From NCBI GenBank assembly GCA_973895155.1, contig OZ316892.1:14562861-14626860 (forward strand): DNA of 64,000 nt, written 5' to 3'. This DNA is from Marsupella aquatica. Lineage: Eukaryota; Plantae; Marchantiophyta. A program made the position numbers and the translations under genes. Within the stretch, counting starts at the first letter, position 1. Every line of letters starts with the position of its first letter. This document shows positions 11,468 to 24,993 of the stretch, in pieces. The notes below the pieces were generated by a model. The model searched no databases and was not told where the DNA came from. It saw nothing but the letters and a program-made list of their open reading frames with translations.

Positions 11468-12217
11468 TTTCTAAAAGTCCAAATCCAATTTCCAAAAGTT
11501 TTTGAGCAGCTCACTTTGACATTCAATATCACCTGCCATATCCATTGGAATCTGATTTCTGGGGTTTGTTAGGAAAGGCTTGGAAACATCTTTCCAGTTT
11601 TCCTATCATCAATTTCATTGATAATTGAGAGACCCTACACATTGCCAATGGCAAGTGTATAGTTTCTTTGCCACATTTAACTCATTGGTGTAATATGTAC
11701 TCTATGAGCAGAAGGGTCAGTTGCAGTCCATCTTGCAGTCCATCTGTACTGCAAAGTATATTTGAGCATTTTGGCAAACATGGAGGTCCATTGGGGTTTC
11801 ACTAGCTTTCTTAGGAAATTCAATCTTTATTGTCATCTTCTGTTTTATTACAGACTCCCATGATTTGGAAGCATGTGCAGACACATCAACACTATTGATC
11901 ACAAACAGAAGGTTGATTATGCAAGAAAGATCAAAAGCAAATTTGTGTCAGAGCCAAGACCAAAAAAAACAGTTAGACCTAGTAACTGGAAAAAGAATGG
12001 AAAGTTGACAAGTAAATTTCAACTAAACAAAGAAATGGGTGAAATTCGGTATAAAAGAAAATAACATTGGATGGGTAGTGATTGATATATCAGTGTTTTC
12101 CAGTAAATATTATGTCTGAATTGTCTGTTTAATTGGTAAATTTTTGAAACAGCCATGGGTAGAAAGAAACTCTTCAAGTACTATAGCATTTACCAAGGTA
12201 TTGTAAAAAAAACCTTT

Positions 12218-12512
12218 TGTTGGGGATAATCCTTATCCCGAAACACCATGCACATGTGAACACCATACAAAGTAGTCGACACAATGATTACGTGGTTCAC
12301 CTCACGACTGAGGTTACGTCCACAGGAAAGCTTCAAGAGACCTTTATTTCTCTCTTGCTCCAATCCAACAATGAACAAAAGATCCACCAGGGGCTTGTAT
12401 CAGCCCTGGTTATATACAGCATGCATCATTGATAACTTAAGCTAAGTCCTAACCTGAGTTAGCCTAACTGCGGTTAGCCCTAGAGTCACAAGACTCAGAG
12501 CAATACTCACCA
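12218..12512. mobile_element. Solo LTR, Copia-like
   Basis: TG...CA ends; 5-bp TSD CCTTT at 12213-12217 and 12513-12517. The internal ACGTGGTTCACC...GGTTACGTCCAC motif resembles plant Copia LTRs. Confidence 0.75.
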
Positions 12513-12554
12513 CCTTTGGCTATTATGGACCAAGGAGTAACTAGAGAACCTGAG

Positions 12555-12700
12555 AAACACTTCAACTACTATGGACACAAGAATAACAAAGGAACACAAG
12601 AAACCCTTCAACTACTATCCATGGACATAGGAATACCAAGAGAACATAAGAAACCCTTTGACTACCATGGATAGAGACCCAAATAGAGAAACATTTTGCA
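12555..12700. repeat. Degenerate ~47-bp tandem repeat, about 3 copies
   Basis: GAAACCCTTCAACTACTA..CATGGACA..AGAATA-like units. Confidence 0.6.
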
Positions 12701-13094
12701 TGGACAGTATGGAATTTTACATAGACTATATGAACATAGAGGTACCACTGCAAAGTTTTGTTTGGACTGTTCGTGTCCTAACTACCTTAGATAAGCAACT
12801 TCATTCAGAATCCCCCATTTATTCTTTGTCCTCTCATCTCCATATTCAAATATATAATTGTATGCAACTCTTCAATGCCTCAACAAATTGAATAACATCA
12901 AGGTTGCATACTAACCAAGGGGTCCTCAACCTACTTTTTAACTTGCCTTAGTTAGATAGAATAAATGTCTTTCTATTTTGCTAGAGGACAATAAAACTAA
13001 GTGTGTATCTCTATATCCCTTGAGTGAATTGTAAAATAGTGTATCTAACAGAAAACTTTGACTCTTAGGTTATGCCTAGAGGAGGGTCCATAAA

Positions 13095-13655
13095 ACATCC
13101 CACCTCTGCACATCAAAAAGCAGTAGCCAGATACGTGAATGAAACAACTCTTTGTGACATAGCATAACAATCAGGTTTGCAGTGTTATCAAAAATCCATC
13201 CAACCTGTGGGCATGAAACAACGCTTTGTGACATAGCATAACAATCAGGTTTGTAGTGTTATCAAAAATCCATCCAACTTGTGAGCACATGCCGTGATAT
13301 AGTACAACATATAATGCTACTTTTTATATCCATTTACCAGAAAGGTCCCAAACATACTAACAAGTACAATGAAGACAATAATATGGTAGGTTGTTACAAG
13401 GTGCATGGAGGTGCATAGGAAGAGCCGGGGTACACAGGTACAAGGTGTGCTGGAAGCAAGTACCTATCTGGTAAATGCACCTTTCTGGTAAATGCACATT
13501 GATAAAAAAGTAGCAATGTACTATGCCATGTGTCCACACATTGAACAAATTGTTTGTACTATGACAAACTGAATGCTATTTTATATGACTGGGGGTTGTA
13601 GCGGGGTACATCATATATAGAATGTTGCTTTTGATGTGCAATTACCTGGATGTGA
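13095..13655. mobile_element. Old foldback/MITE-like element with a 74-bp tandem duplication in its left arm
   Basis: Inverted matches: TGCACATCAAAAAGCA/TGCTTTTGATGTGCA, TGCTACTTTTT/AAAAAGTAGCA, CATTTACCAGAAAGGT/ACCTTTCTGGTAAATG. Tandem units at 13139 and 13213. No TSD identified. Confidence 0.6.
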
Positions 13656-13970
13656 GCCGGTGTTGGGTGTGTCGACATGTACAATTGAGGTGTCAACACT
13701 CAACAGACATGGTGAATTGATAGTGTAATTGTAAATTTTTTCTATGTGCGGGGCCGATGGCATAGTTGAATTTTCACATAACAACAGAAAAACTCAGAAA
13801 TTCATAATCTGAGAGTTAATGAAACGCGATGACTTTAAAATCATTGGAATGCTCTTTTGACGTCAATATTAATGAGACCATGCACAATTTTTTTTATCAA
13901 GAAGTGAGCCAGGGGAGATTCAAAGTTATTTCTTACTCGTCCTGTAGCCAAGTTTGATCACCACTTGTTC

Positions 13971-14277
13971 CTTGGGTTCCTCACTCCAAGGGCAGTCCCA
14001 TATCCCGCAGAAAGTTTTTAAGTAATAAACACCCTAAAACTTAAGAAAATAAAGTAGATTATTAGTATTTTTTAACCCCTAACTTTATGGAATCTTCTAG
14101 GGATATTTCTATATTTGGTATTAAAAAACCCTATAGTTCTTATAAGTCTCTAAATTTGATTAGAACACCCATATATTTCTTTAACAAATTTTTTTAAATC
14201 TTCTGCGCAATTGAATTAAAAAACTACTAACTTCTTCACGCGCGGTGGGCCAAATGAAAAGAAGCAAGGACCCCGGG
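13971..14277 (-). mobile_element. Short-TIR element family C, copy 2 (reverse orientation)
   Basis: TSD ACTTGTTC (13963-13970) / ATTTGTTC (14278-14285), one mismatch. Termini CTTGGGTTCCTCA...AGGACCCCGGG. The interior is the reverse-complement homologue of copies 1 and 3. Confidence 0.8.
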
Positions 14278-15829
14278 ATTTGTTCTCCCCATTTGCTTAA
14301 CATCTACCTACCCTCCCCATCCATACAATCTTTTGACCTTTTTTTAAGCTTGCTTCCCTATCCGTGCATCTTTTGCCTCTCCTCCCGGGTTTATTAACTT
14401 TTGCCTCTCCTCCCTACTCACAATCAGGCCCACAACTCATGCCTTCTATTTTTACTATTGCTTACGCATGCAGATTTTTTCTTAAATCATCTTTGTAACA
14501 CCAAAAATAGATGCAATGACATGCAATTTTTGCTTACTTAGACCATCTTCCGCCTTCAGTATGCCCATTGGTTTATCCCAGCAATATTCCTCATCAACAA
14601 GACAGGGAAGTAATTCTTTACACCTGCTCCCTACCAACCTCAACTTTCTCTGTTAGCCTTGGGTCTCTCCACACTCACTCCTACCAACGGACTGATAAAA
14701 CTTTTGCAATGACCTTGTTCCACACCAATTGTGCATTTTCCAAAAACTCACACATGCTAGTCTTGGAACATGTATTGTATATTATCTAGCTATTGCAAAC
14801 TAGTATTTGAGGATAACATACAGGAGTAGGAGTACAACAAATGCAAGGAAAATACATTTCACATAATGACTAAGAAAAGTAGGAATCTTTGGCAAAAAGG
14901 TATTACAGAGTTTTGCACATAAAGTAGAGATCCTCACTTGAGCTAAAAACTAATAATACAAATGAAGCTTCTACTGTAGTTAAGGAACATTGATATAACT
15001 GTACATAACAGAAAATCTAAATAAGTCAAAATACTGAAAGGTGGATTTGCATTATAGCAGCATTTAAATGACTATCTTTCTTATTGACAACACTTCGTGC
15101 CAAACCTATCCGTAAACTATGTTAACTAGGGATGACCCACACAACTTTGCGTTCAAACAACACACAAGATAAAAGATTTTGCTCTAAAGTTTTTTGATTG
15201 ATCAAAGCTACACAAAAATTATGCAAAAGTTTCTGGCAATCGAAATCCGTCCTTTCAAAGTTTTGATCATTTTTCCAAATTGTGACCTCGGGTAACTAAC
15301 CAGCGTCAAACAGTGAGCTTAGATCTAGGTCTCTTGTGCCCCTATCTGCTTGTTCTTTGCTCATTCCCTGTGTCGAGTGTGCTCTTCTCTTCAGCTATGG
15401 AGTCACGTCGATCAGGTAAGATTCATTGCCATCACGAGCCATAAGAAAATCAAAGTATCAGCTGGAATTCAAGAAACATAGGCGCTCATTGTGCTCTCTC
15501 ATCTCTGTATTGCCAAACTCACGAGCTTATTCTCAATGGCGAGGGGAAAGCAAAAGATTCTAAAACTTGAGATTGCTGTGCACAACAATTTGGACAAGTG
15601 TCTTTTAATGTTGAATACATGGTTATTATATCCGGTGTCACATAACTATGGTCACGTAGACTTTGTCAAACGGTTCAAACTCCTATGCAAAGACGTCATG
15701 CGTTTAAGGCTAGTGCACCTCGCGCGAAAAGCTTTTTGAAAGTTTTGGTTCAAAGTTGCCCCCAAAACTCATGAAAGTAAACTTCAGTATAAGGATAGGT
15801 TATAATTGTAGACTTTAGTTCCCACTCAC

Positions 15830-16140
15830 CATGGAAACAGGCCAAGTGAATTGCAGCGGAGGCACAAAGTCTCCATAGCCTACTTCATAGCATCACAAGT
15901 AGCTAGTGGAAACCTCCAATGAATAATAGCTGGAATTCACCATATAATCTGCCAAATGAAGCAATTTCCACCTGGCTGCACATTATATGGCTTCCAAATG
16001 GGTTCCACGCAAAGTTGAGATGGGGATGTTAATTGTATGTTGTGCACCACGTTGTCATGGGCGTGTGTATATCTTGAATTTGCCTCATTAACCAAGTGTT
16101 AGCATCAAAACCATATTTGCCATCAACCCATTTGTACTTA
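15830..16140 (-). mobile_element. Decayed LINE/L1 ORF2 C-terminal fragment (zf-RVT-like)
   Basis: Hand translation through stops and a frameshift gives KYKWVDGKYGFDANTWLMRQ...W...IWKPYNVQPGGNCFIWQIIW*IPA..WRFP...CLRC, resembling the W..IW...P...F.W...C..C pattern of plant L1 zf-RVT. Confidence 0.45.
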
Positions 16141-17849
16141 CTAGAGAGTTTGATGTTACAAGGACTGCTACCCACTTACAACCTCACTGGACATGTCCAA
16201 ATTTCTCAAGGTGGGAGTTGTGATGCGTGTCAACTGAAGTGAGACGGAGGGTTTTGACATTAGAAGTTGTAGTCACAACAACCCCTTTAGTAGTATTAAA
16301 GAGCAATCAGGGATGTCAGTGAGAGTCCCAGGTAGCCAATAGTGCAATTGTTTTTGCCTGGTTTTTTTAAGACACCTCATATTTGGGCAAGTGCCCCACA
16401 TGCACAATGAGCAACTTCTAGTCAATCTCTTTGGAAAAGGGTTACCAACTGCAAGCTGGTAACCAATTGGTATAGCCTTGTCTGCAGTTATTTGGAAGGG
16501 GACTTTCATTAGGTCTATCTCATTATATAAAGGCAATGTGAACCTACTCTTTTGGGCCTATTGTCTAGAGCGAAGCCTCTAGGCTGTGACTTTGGGGGTG
16601 CAATTGAAATTAGGGATGCAGGTGAGAGTCATTGGAAACCATAATTTGAATATCCAATTGGTGAATGGGCAAAGGCAGGGGCAAAGGGCTTGAATAGCCT
16701 CATCTCTATTTGTTTTCAAATAACATGCAGTCAGAGTATCTTCCTGTGTTTCATTTTTGTGTTTCATTTTTGCACATTAGCTATAAAGTAAAGGGGCTGG
16801 CAATGATTCAAAGACTGAGTTTTAAAAAAAGTTTTGGATAACTTTTTTACTGAGATCACTGACCCATATCTGACTAGACATGGATCTGACAATCATAACG
16901 TGATGTCACCCTGTGTTGTATTGGGTACAATTTTGTTAAAATTTTGCTTTATTGTGTGTGAATTTGGGACAGTGACCTGTTGTAGCAGGTCTCCTGGTAG
17001 GGGTGACCTGGCCAGGTCACCATATGTTGTGTCAAAGAAAGGAGTATACCTTGGAGGATGAAGATTGAGTTCTCATGTTTCCAAGTTGACCCTTATGACA
17101 CTAGTAGAGTTTTGTGTAACATGGCTATGGTGCGGTGAGAGTGGAGCTATGCAGGTTGACATATATAGCACATTTGACAAGGCTTTGCTATGTGTATAGA
17201 CCTATAACCTTGCATGGCTAGCGGATGGGTTTGGCTTGACTAATAGTATATCGCTACAGGGTTATGTTTTGCATGAGATTACTGGTGGCCTCTTGCGTAA
17301 GTAGTGTTATGTGTATGGTGTGAGTGTCACCATATGTTTTGCATGGTGTACAACTATTTGAGTTGTGTATAAATGTGTGTCCACATGACAATGATTGTAC
17401 AACATTTTGCTAAAGTGAGGCTTTTTAATTAGCCATAAGTGCCACTTGCTCAAATAAAAAGAAGCAATGTTGTTGTGGTGTGGTCTTTCAACGACTTGCA
17501 ACCCAAAACCCTTCCTTAGCTTTGTGTTTTCATTAGGGCATCTCAACGATTGGCGATACCAGGATAATGTCTTTCCATAACTCAAGAGTTCAAGGAACTC
17601 CTGTAAAAGTTGTGAAAGTTGTGGGAGCCAATCTTTGGCTACCGTAAGGAAAGCTCGGAGGCTCAACACTCAACTAGTAAACTTAACAATTTTCCCACAA
17701 CTTTAGGTACAAATCCAGAAATTAGGGAATCCGGAAAATGGACGATTAGAGGCACGCGGACATCAGGTCTAACATGGTGATGGCTGCTGCATTTGGGGTG
17801 ACAGTTGACAGAGAATGAAGACAACGCTAGACCTAATCTGCATCCTCCA

Positions 17850-17945
17850 GGGCGGGTCAATGCTGCCTGCCCCCATTAAAAGAAATCTTTACCTGGGTTC
17901 CATAACCCCACACTTATGGGATGGAATTTACATCCATAACTTTCA
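17850..17945 (-). repeat. Dispersed repeat family D fragment immediately upstream of MCM10
   Basis: The reverse complement matches blocks at ~40440-40560 and ~41230-41350 (GA.ACCCA.GTAAGGAATTT...AATGG.GG...TATTGACC). Confidence 0.55.
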
Positions 17946-18035
17946 ATTAAGGCCAAACTTTGAGATGCCCTCTTAAAACCCATTGGGGACTATTAAAGAC
18001 TGCCTAGAGTAGTGTACCTGCCCATAATGGAAACA

Positions 18036-18044
18036 TTTCCCGCC
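18036..18044 (+). promoter_or_regulatory. E2F-binding site TTTCCCGCC in the MCM10 promoter
   Basis: Exact canonical plant E2F element about 390 bp upstream of the inferred ATG of a DNA-replication gene. Confidence 0.75.
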
Positions 18045-18344
18045 AAATTTTCGATAACAAACGAAAATTCAATTTTGAGGGCTTCGGATGAGTTCTCTCT
18101 ACAAAACAACGTCTCGTTGAAAGAGTAAAGGCGAAGGCGCTTCCTCATGAATGTCTCATCGGACGTGATTTGCTGGTGGAACTCGGAAGGTAGAAAGGGC
18201 TCGGATGGCAATTTCGGGCCTGACGAAATCGATGCCTTGGCATTCTGAAGTTCTACAGCACTGATTGGAGCCGGGCCAGTGAGTTGGCGGAATGGATTGA
18301 GGCTGGATGGGTTGATTCGGTAGAGTGGATTCGAGCTGCGTTCT

Positions 18345-18408
18345 GGACTGGACTGGACTGGACTGGATTTGGATTGGATTGGGTTGGATTTGATTTGATT
18401 TGACTGGA
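18345..18408 (+). repeat. Pentanucleotide microsatellite (GGACT/GGATT/TGATT)n in the MCM10 5' UTR
   Basis: Direct reading of the sequence. Confidence 0.85.
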
Positions 18409-18428
18409 TGTTGGCTGGCAAGGAAGGC

Positions 18429-21400
18429 ATGACCATGGAGGAGCCATCTTCTCCTCTCGACTTCGACTGGGATGTATGTCCAATTTACCCGACCCGCGGT
18501 TTCGTTCTAATCTTTGGTTTTTGCTACTTTGTTTGCTTGATTCTACTGGGGTCCGCTTCTTCTTCTCTGTTGTTGTTGTTCTTCTTGATGTGAAAATTTG
18601 AATTGTTTGAGTTCGTTCACTCAAGGGAAATTGCTACATCCTCGGATGTGCTATTTATGTTGCCAATGCGGAATCTGTATCATTCTGTTGGCATAATTCT
18701 AGTCTTCTGATGCTCCCTTCAAACCTCCTCGACGTCGTCGGCTTCATTCATCATTAAGCGGCTGAAATGGTCTCGGCTTCGTGGTTTGATCGATTTAGCA
18801 TCCATCTTCCGTCGTTTAGATAGGCCCTTCCCACTCCTTCCCACTGGCCCTTCGATATACCAGAAATTACGGTAACAGCGCTAATAAAGTATTACGCAGT
18901 TGCAGTCGGTTTATCACGGGAGGCCGATGGAAAGCAATCATTTTGAAATTTGTCTGAAGACCTTGTGATGTCGCTCATTTTTTTCTTTCACAATATGTGG
19001 CCCTTGCTGTCCTCGGGAAGTTGTTTAAAGAGCAGTGGCATTGCGAAAGGTGAGAAAGCAATTTCGAGCTAGATAGTACTCCAGGTTTTCGAATGCCGTG
19101 AATGACACGGTTGTCCTCATTCCCTAATATCAGTTTGAACCCTGTTTTATTTCCTTGTTTTTCCCTATCTTGGATTATTGCCCTGGTTTGCATTGCATTT
19201 CCAGTTCTGCCAGGAAGATGTTCCATCCATACTTATGAGTGATTATAATTCTCTGCTTGCAAATTATTAGGCTATCGACGCAGAGCTCGATGGAGAAGAG
19301 GATGGGAGCCATGTGGGGTCTGACGCACGCCCTCATCTTATTCCGGATGTGATAGCCCAACATCCTGATGGGGCATCTCAAAGGCAGGAGCAGCAGACGG
19401 ATGCGAGTGAAGTTCGTGCGGGTTATTGCTCTGACGAAGAAAGATCTGGACCAAGTCGAGCTGGGAGCATGTCGATTTTCAAAGATGTTGTGAAGGACAC
19501 AGCTGAACATGCGGTACCAGGTCGGCAGCGCATATTCCCATCAGAACCAGAAAAGAACCTGTCGTCCTCTGCAGATGTTGAAAAGTTTTCTTTACTGCGA
19601 ATAAAGTGGGTATTCATCTTCATAATGTGGTTGAATGAAAAGTACTTCTTTCCCTCAAATCTCTCGATATTTGAAGATGCTTTTCTCACTCACCAGGAAG
19701 AAATTTGCATGTTACTATATGTCTAGCGCAGTGGTTGAGTTCGGCGTTGCTTAAACTCCTGTTTTCTGTTCTCGCGATGCAGAGATCGAGCGGTGTCTTC
19801 AGCAGAAGTTAACAGTGCACTCTCAGACTTGCGCTTTGTCAGACTTCAGGCAATCAGGTAAGATTTTGGTCTACTTCATGTTTGGGTGACTTACAACTTA
19901 AAGGCTATTATTCTTTCGCAATTTGTATGTCAGCATTGTTCCATGCTCTCCCACCTCTGGTAAGCTTTGTCATGCAATAGCGTGCGCATCGTCTGCAGAT
20001 ATGAGGTTGATGTCAGATTACTCTCTGACCTGCAAGAAAGGCAGGCTGGGCATAGAAGTGAAATATCTTCGACAAAAAGTTCAGTCAAGCTGAAGTGAAT
20101 AACTACCGAAAGATGCGATACTTTGCAAGAGTCTTGTTTATATAAATAATTTTTCGAAGGCCCTGTTGTGGCGTGTTTCTATGCTTACATTCTAAATTTG
20201 CCAAAAGGATCACAGAATGATGAGTTCCATGACATACTAAATGAATCTACTCCTATCTGGTTGTGGCAATCACCACTTCCAAGCAGGCTCGATGGTTTTC
20301 CCAAAAATACAATCGAAGTAACCTCGTTCAAGGCAATTAGTTACTTCAGTAGATTCAAGCATTTTTTCGGTTACTTTGTAAAGGCCCCGCTCGGCATTCA
20401 GGCTGCCAGTCTTGACATCAATGAACTGAATAGTGAGGCAACCATGCTTCAGTCGCTTAAATAAGGGCTCTCACTCAAACAATATCAAACGCCACCTAGG
20501 ATATATGGAAAGAGCTTGAGCCATTCAAGTTCACGGTTTGTCGCAATTCATGTGTGATCTTCACAATACTTGTTTTGGCTCTTCTACCTAAAAGCATGCG
20601 AAGAAGTCGACAATGTGATATCTTTCTTCACTATGCATGGCAAAATTGTGCTAACATAATTGAATGATTATGACAGAACTGCGATGAGCTGTGACAAGGT
20701 CACTGGTTCGTGGGCAACTGTTGGTGTAATTGTCGACAAGGGGATGACGAAAACAAGCGCCAAGGGGAAGAGCTTTGTCGTGTGGAAGCTCGGTACCCTG
20801 GAGAACACTTCCCTCTCATTGTTTCTGTTTGGAGCTGCATATACGGAGCATTGGAAAGAGCCACTAGGTGCCATAGTTACCATATACAATGCGAATGTTC
20901 GTCCCGATGGGAAGGTAAGATGTTCTTCACACTTCGCGAAGCAGATTGAAATTCAAATCACTAGTCACAGTTGACTGTTATATTGGTCGCTTGTTAACTA
21001 AGTACTGTATTTATATTTTTAGTGCGTTGTACTTACTGTCCCATGTCCTCACGGACCATGTACATTCTTTCACTTCCTGGCGAATCAACTCGCGATCTGT
21101 TTTAATGTCCAGAGCAAAGAGCCATCTTTAAGTGTCTTCAGCCGTGACCAAGTGATGAAATTGGGGACATCTGTTGACTACCGCGTTTGCTCAGGGAAAC
21201 GCAAGGACGGCACTCCTTGCACCATTGTCTTGAACAAGTGAGTCGGAAACGGGTGGACAATATTAGCGATTGAACCATGAATTACGTGATTTGGACGGTT
21301 AGTGTTTGTAATCAGTTGTTTAGCTACTCATATCCTGAGCACATTGTATTAAAAAAATGAAGGAATCATCGAGCTTATCAGAAGGAAACGAATTCCGCAC

Positions 21401-23110
21401 TACGGCAGTTTACTGACATAAACCCGAAGCTCCATTGCAAAATTGATGGAGTTTGGCAAGCTTCTTGGCGATATCCATTGGCAGAGAATTTGGGAGTTCG
21501 TCGATGATTGTTGCTGTACAGCGTGCTTGCTGATTGTGAATTTGTAGGTTCAAAATTGAAGATTGACCGGGTCTGCAAATGCTATGACTGCAGGCACCTA
21601 GAAGGACAGTTTTGTCATTATCACGCTACAGTAAGTACACATTTCATTGTTCTGCCAAATTGGCCTTCTGTCGATCGGCTTTTATATCGGATTGTCCTCA
21701 CTGGAACTCAGAAATATTGCTGATTGTTAAAAACAACAATGACATCCCCGCTCCCCCCCAACCATGCATGAATTGCGTCCTTCTTGGGCATTCAATTTAC
21801 TGAGGGGTTCGGTTGAGTTTATTGACTTTGATACTTTCATTTGGATCCACAGGCAGCTCGTCAAGAGTTCAGAAGTAATCGGCCAGAGTTGAATGGCGGG
21901 TAGGTGGAAGATAGTGTTTGGTTAGACGCATTCTGATCTCTAGTTGGTAGTTAGTTAAATTACGAACTTGTTTGCGTTTCCATCAGAACGATTAGATGTT
22001 GTCTTGTTTGATCATGTTATTGTCCTCTGCTGTAGGAAATTGGCTCTAGTTGGCCCTGGAATTCGAAGGGGATATCCAACAAAACCTGCTTCAAGTCCTA
22101 AGAAGGAGGAAGTTTATAAAGGGCCCCTCAAACGCCTTTCAACGTCAGAGTTGAAAGACTTATTAAGGTACTCTGTACAGGTTGGATAATTTAAGACTCA
22201 GATTCATGAAGATGTTGATGGGTATGAAGGACTCTCAAGCTGGCTTGGTCGTCCCTGATTGCTTGGTTCTGTTTCAGTGATGCAGAGAAAATGCCACCGA
22301 AGTCTTACTCTCAAGGCAAACGATTTCTTGAAGTCATGGCAGAAAGATCTTCTGGTGAGTTTCCATCGTTTGGAATAACGTTCTCGGTTACTGTCGATTT
22401 CAAGTGCGTCCTATTGGCTTGAGTTGAAGTATTTGGCGGTGCTTTTTTGGGTTTACATAGCTTAGGTTCCTCTCATCTTACAGGACCAACATCGTTCAAT
22501 CAAGGGCAGCTGATCTCTATTCAGAGTAACCCTGCAGCTGGATTGCTCCTTACGAAATAATGCAGTGAATTACTTTGATGAAATAGTAGTGAAATGTCAC
22601 TTGCTGTGCAGTCTCTCATCAAGAGATTTTACTTCGATTTTTGCAGGGATAAAGGGCACATCGAACAAAGGCGTCAAGCGTCAAAATCTTCAAGAACCAA
22701 ATAACACGAGGAAAAGGTCAGTTTGGATAAACTTTGTTCATATGTCAATCTGCTTTCTGACGTTTTACTCTATGCGGATTACTCATTGCTAAGTCCTCGA
22801 ATCAGGGTGTTTTATGGTCTTTGATTGTCATAATTGCTGGATTATGCCGCCTTTTTAATATCTAAGTTCGTCACTTATTTTGTTATCTCATTGCAGAACT
22901 CCATTAGCTGAGAAGCCGATGAACACCAAGAGGCCAGGATTGAAGCATCTTCCTTCTAAAGGGAAGTCACAATTGAATGGACCAGTGATGGAGATTGATA
23001 CACTAGACGACCTGAATTATTCAATGGTACATGCGGACTGGAATATTGCGGCAATGCAAGTTTCTGAAGAAATATGTGATTTTTGTCTACAATTGTATTG
23101 CAGTGGCTAG
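18429..23110 (+). CDS. MCM10: Minichromosome maintenance protein 10
   Basis: In-frame exons: 18429-18473, 19271-19605, 19783-19857, 20677-20914, 21113-21237, 21594-21630, 21853-21899, 22036-22167, 22278-22354, 22647-22716, 22897-23110. An alternative end is donor 23026 spliced to exon 23276-23305. Motifs: DVEKFSLLRIK, OB-fold WATVGVIVDKG..KTSAKGKSFVVWKL, LGTSVDY, and CCCH zinc finger CSGKRKDGTPC...FCHYH. Confidence 0.92.
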
Positions 23111-24993
23111 ATTTAGCGGCCTTAAAAGCGAAGTGTTCCTACACACTGAGGTGTTGGTCTTATTGTTGTCAGTAGACACCTTCCCTCTGAAATAATTAAA
23201 TAGGTGTGTTCAAGAGAAGGACTGGAATCGTTTGGTTTGAAGTTTGCCCTCATGCCTTTCGTCTGTAATGTGCAGATACATGCAATGTCAAACTTCAAAA
23301 GATGAGCCGGGACTCATCACAAAATCATTCTTTTCCATGTCCACAACAGGACTGGGTGTAACATTCTCTTGTCAAGAAGCTGGGTGTCAGTAGGGGAGAT
23401 TATTTTCGCTTTAGACTCTGACAATTTTTTTTCAGAATAGATCCCATCAAAGTTACATGAGGTGACCCTTACACACTTCACCGGCATACAGATCACTTCG
23501 GAGTCATTCAATCCTTCACGACCTTTCGAGGAGGAGATGCCAACGATTGTATTTGTAGCATGTCTACCTGTGTATGTTGTCATTGCTTGCACGTAGTTTG
23601 GGTCAATCCTAGTATAGTATTGGTTATCCTGGGGAGAAATATTGTGTCCAGCTTTATGCCAGGCTTCTCAGAGAGCTTAAACAATGGTCTCTTATCAAAC
23701 CCAAGTGCAAACGCCTACTCTTTGGTTTTGGTTCATTTTTACAGAAGCGAGTCTTTCCATGATCATCCTTTGAAGGGTTTTGTAAGGTTGTGGTAGGAGC
23801 AATCCTGCATGTCGAAAGGCCACTGTCCAACCCGTGCAGGCAACTGTCTTGTGCCTTCAACGAACCTTCCCTTCGCTGAACCAGAAATCAGACCTGAGCA
23901 CCAAGGTATGTGGGGAATGAGAGGACCTTAAAGGAACAGTTTAAGATACAAAGCTACTCAAATTTGATCGCTGCTTCTTGGAGAACCATTACTGCTACCG
24001 TGATGCTCACGTACTCCCCTTTTTGTTTTCTCCTTTCCAGAACTCCACATTTGTAAGCCTTTTAGCCTGAAGGAAGGCAAGATATATGATATCTACAAGA
24101 ATTGATGATCCTTGGAATCTTCTGTTTGATTGATCATCGTTTTGAATTTTCCCTCTACATCTAATCATCTCTAGGTCAGTCTGACGAAATGTAAGCTACT
24201 TTGTATGATACTTCTTAGTATCGTTATAAAGCTTAACTTTGAGTGAAATGTGGTACTTCAAAGTTTCATTGTCAGAAATTGATATCACATCTGCCAGGAA
24301 TCCCGGTCTTTCCTCAAAACCCCTCAGCTGCTTTCCTCCCATCAGGTAGTTTTGAGATTAGAAAGATAGTCAGACAGCTGCACGGAGTGGACAATCCTGC
24401 AGCCTGACACGAAAAGTGGGCACGGAAGCATTGGGTAGACGCCACACAATCCGTACAATGGCTATACCGTCAGCATTCAGATTTTTAAACACACAGAAGG
24501 CGTGATGTACTTGTTTTCCTAAGGTTGATTTGGCTAGCTATAAACTATATGTACAATTTAGTTTTAGTACACAACTCATCCTCCACCTCTTTCTAACTTT
24601 TCTAAAGACATTCTTAATACCAATGAGATTCAAGGTCTAGTTTCCTCCCGACATAGGTCGCATATCAGTAGCAAACATTACTTAATCACTGAGCAGGGCC
24701 TAGGGCTTGTCAACAAATAATAGTACCCACACTAATAATAAAAGGGGGAAGTATTCCTAGCTGCCGACCTTATGATGGCTTACAGAAATGCAAATAGACT
24801 TGGTCAAAGTGTGGTGCATATGCGGAATGACGATCCTTCCTTCAGATAAGCACAATGAGCTTATATGCATTGCCGTCCTCGATCTGAATGATGTAGCTCT
24901 CGCAGATTTCATCAAAATGGCATGGAACTATGTGCATCCTGAAGTTAAGGGGACTATCTTGAGCACCCTTCTCAGCGACGTGAGATGGCTTAT

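Noticed and set aside
12202-13050. Outer LTR (TG...AACA) hosting the solo LTR
   Set aside because: Flanks do not form a TSD and no PBS or PPT was identified.
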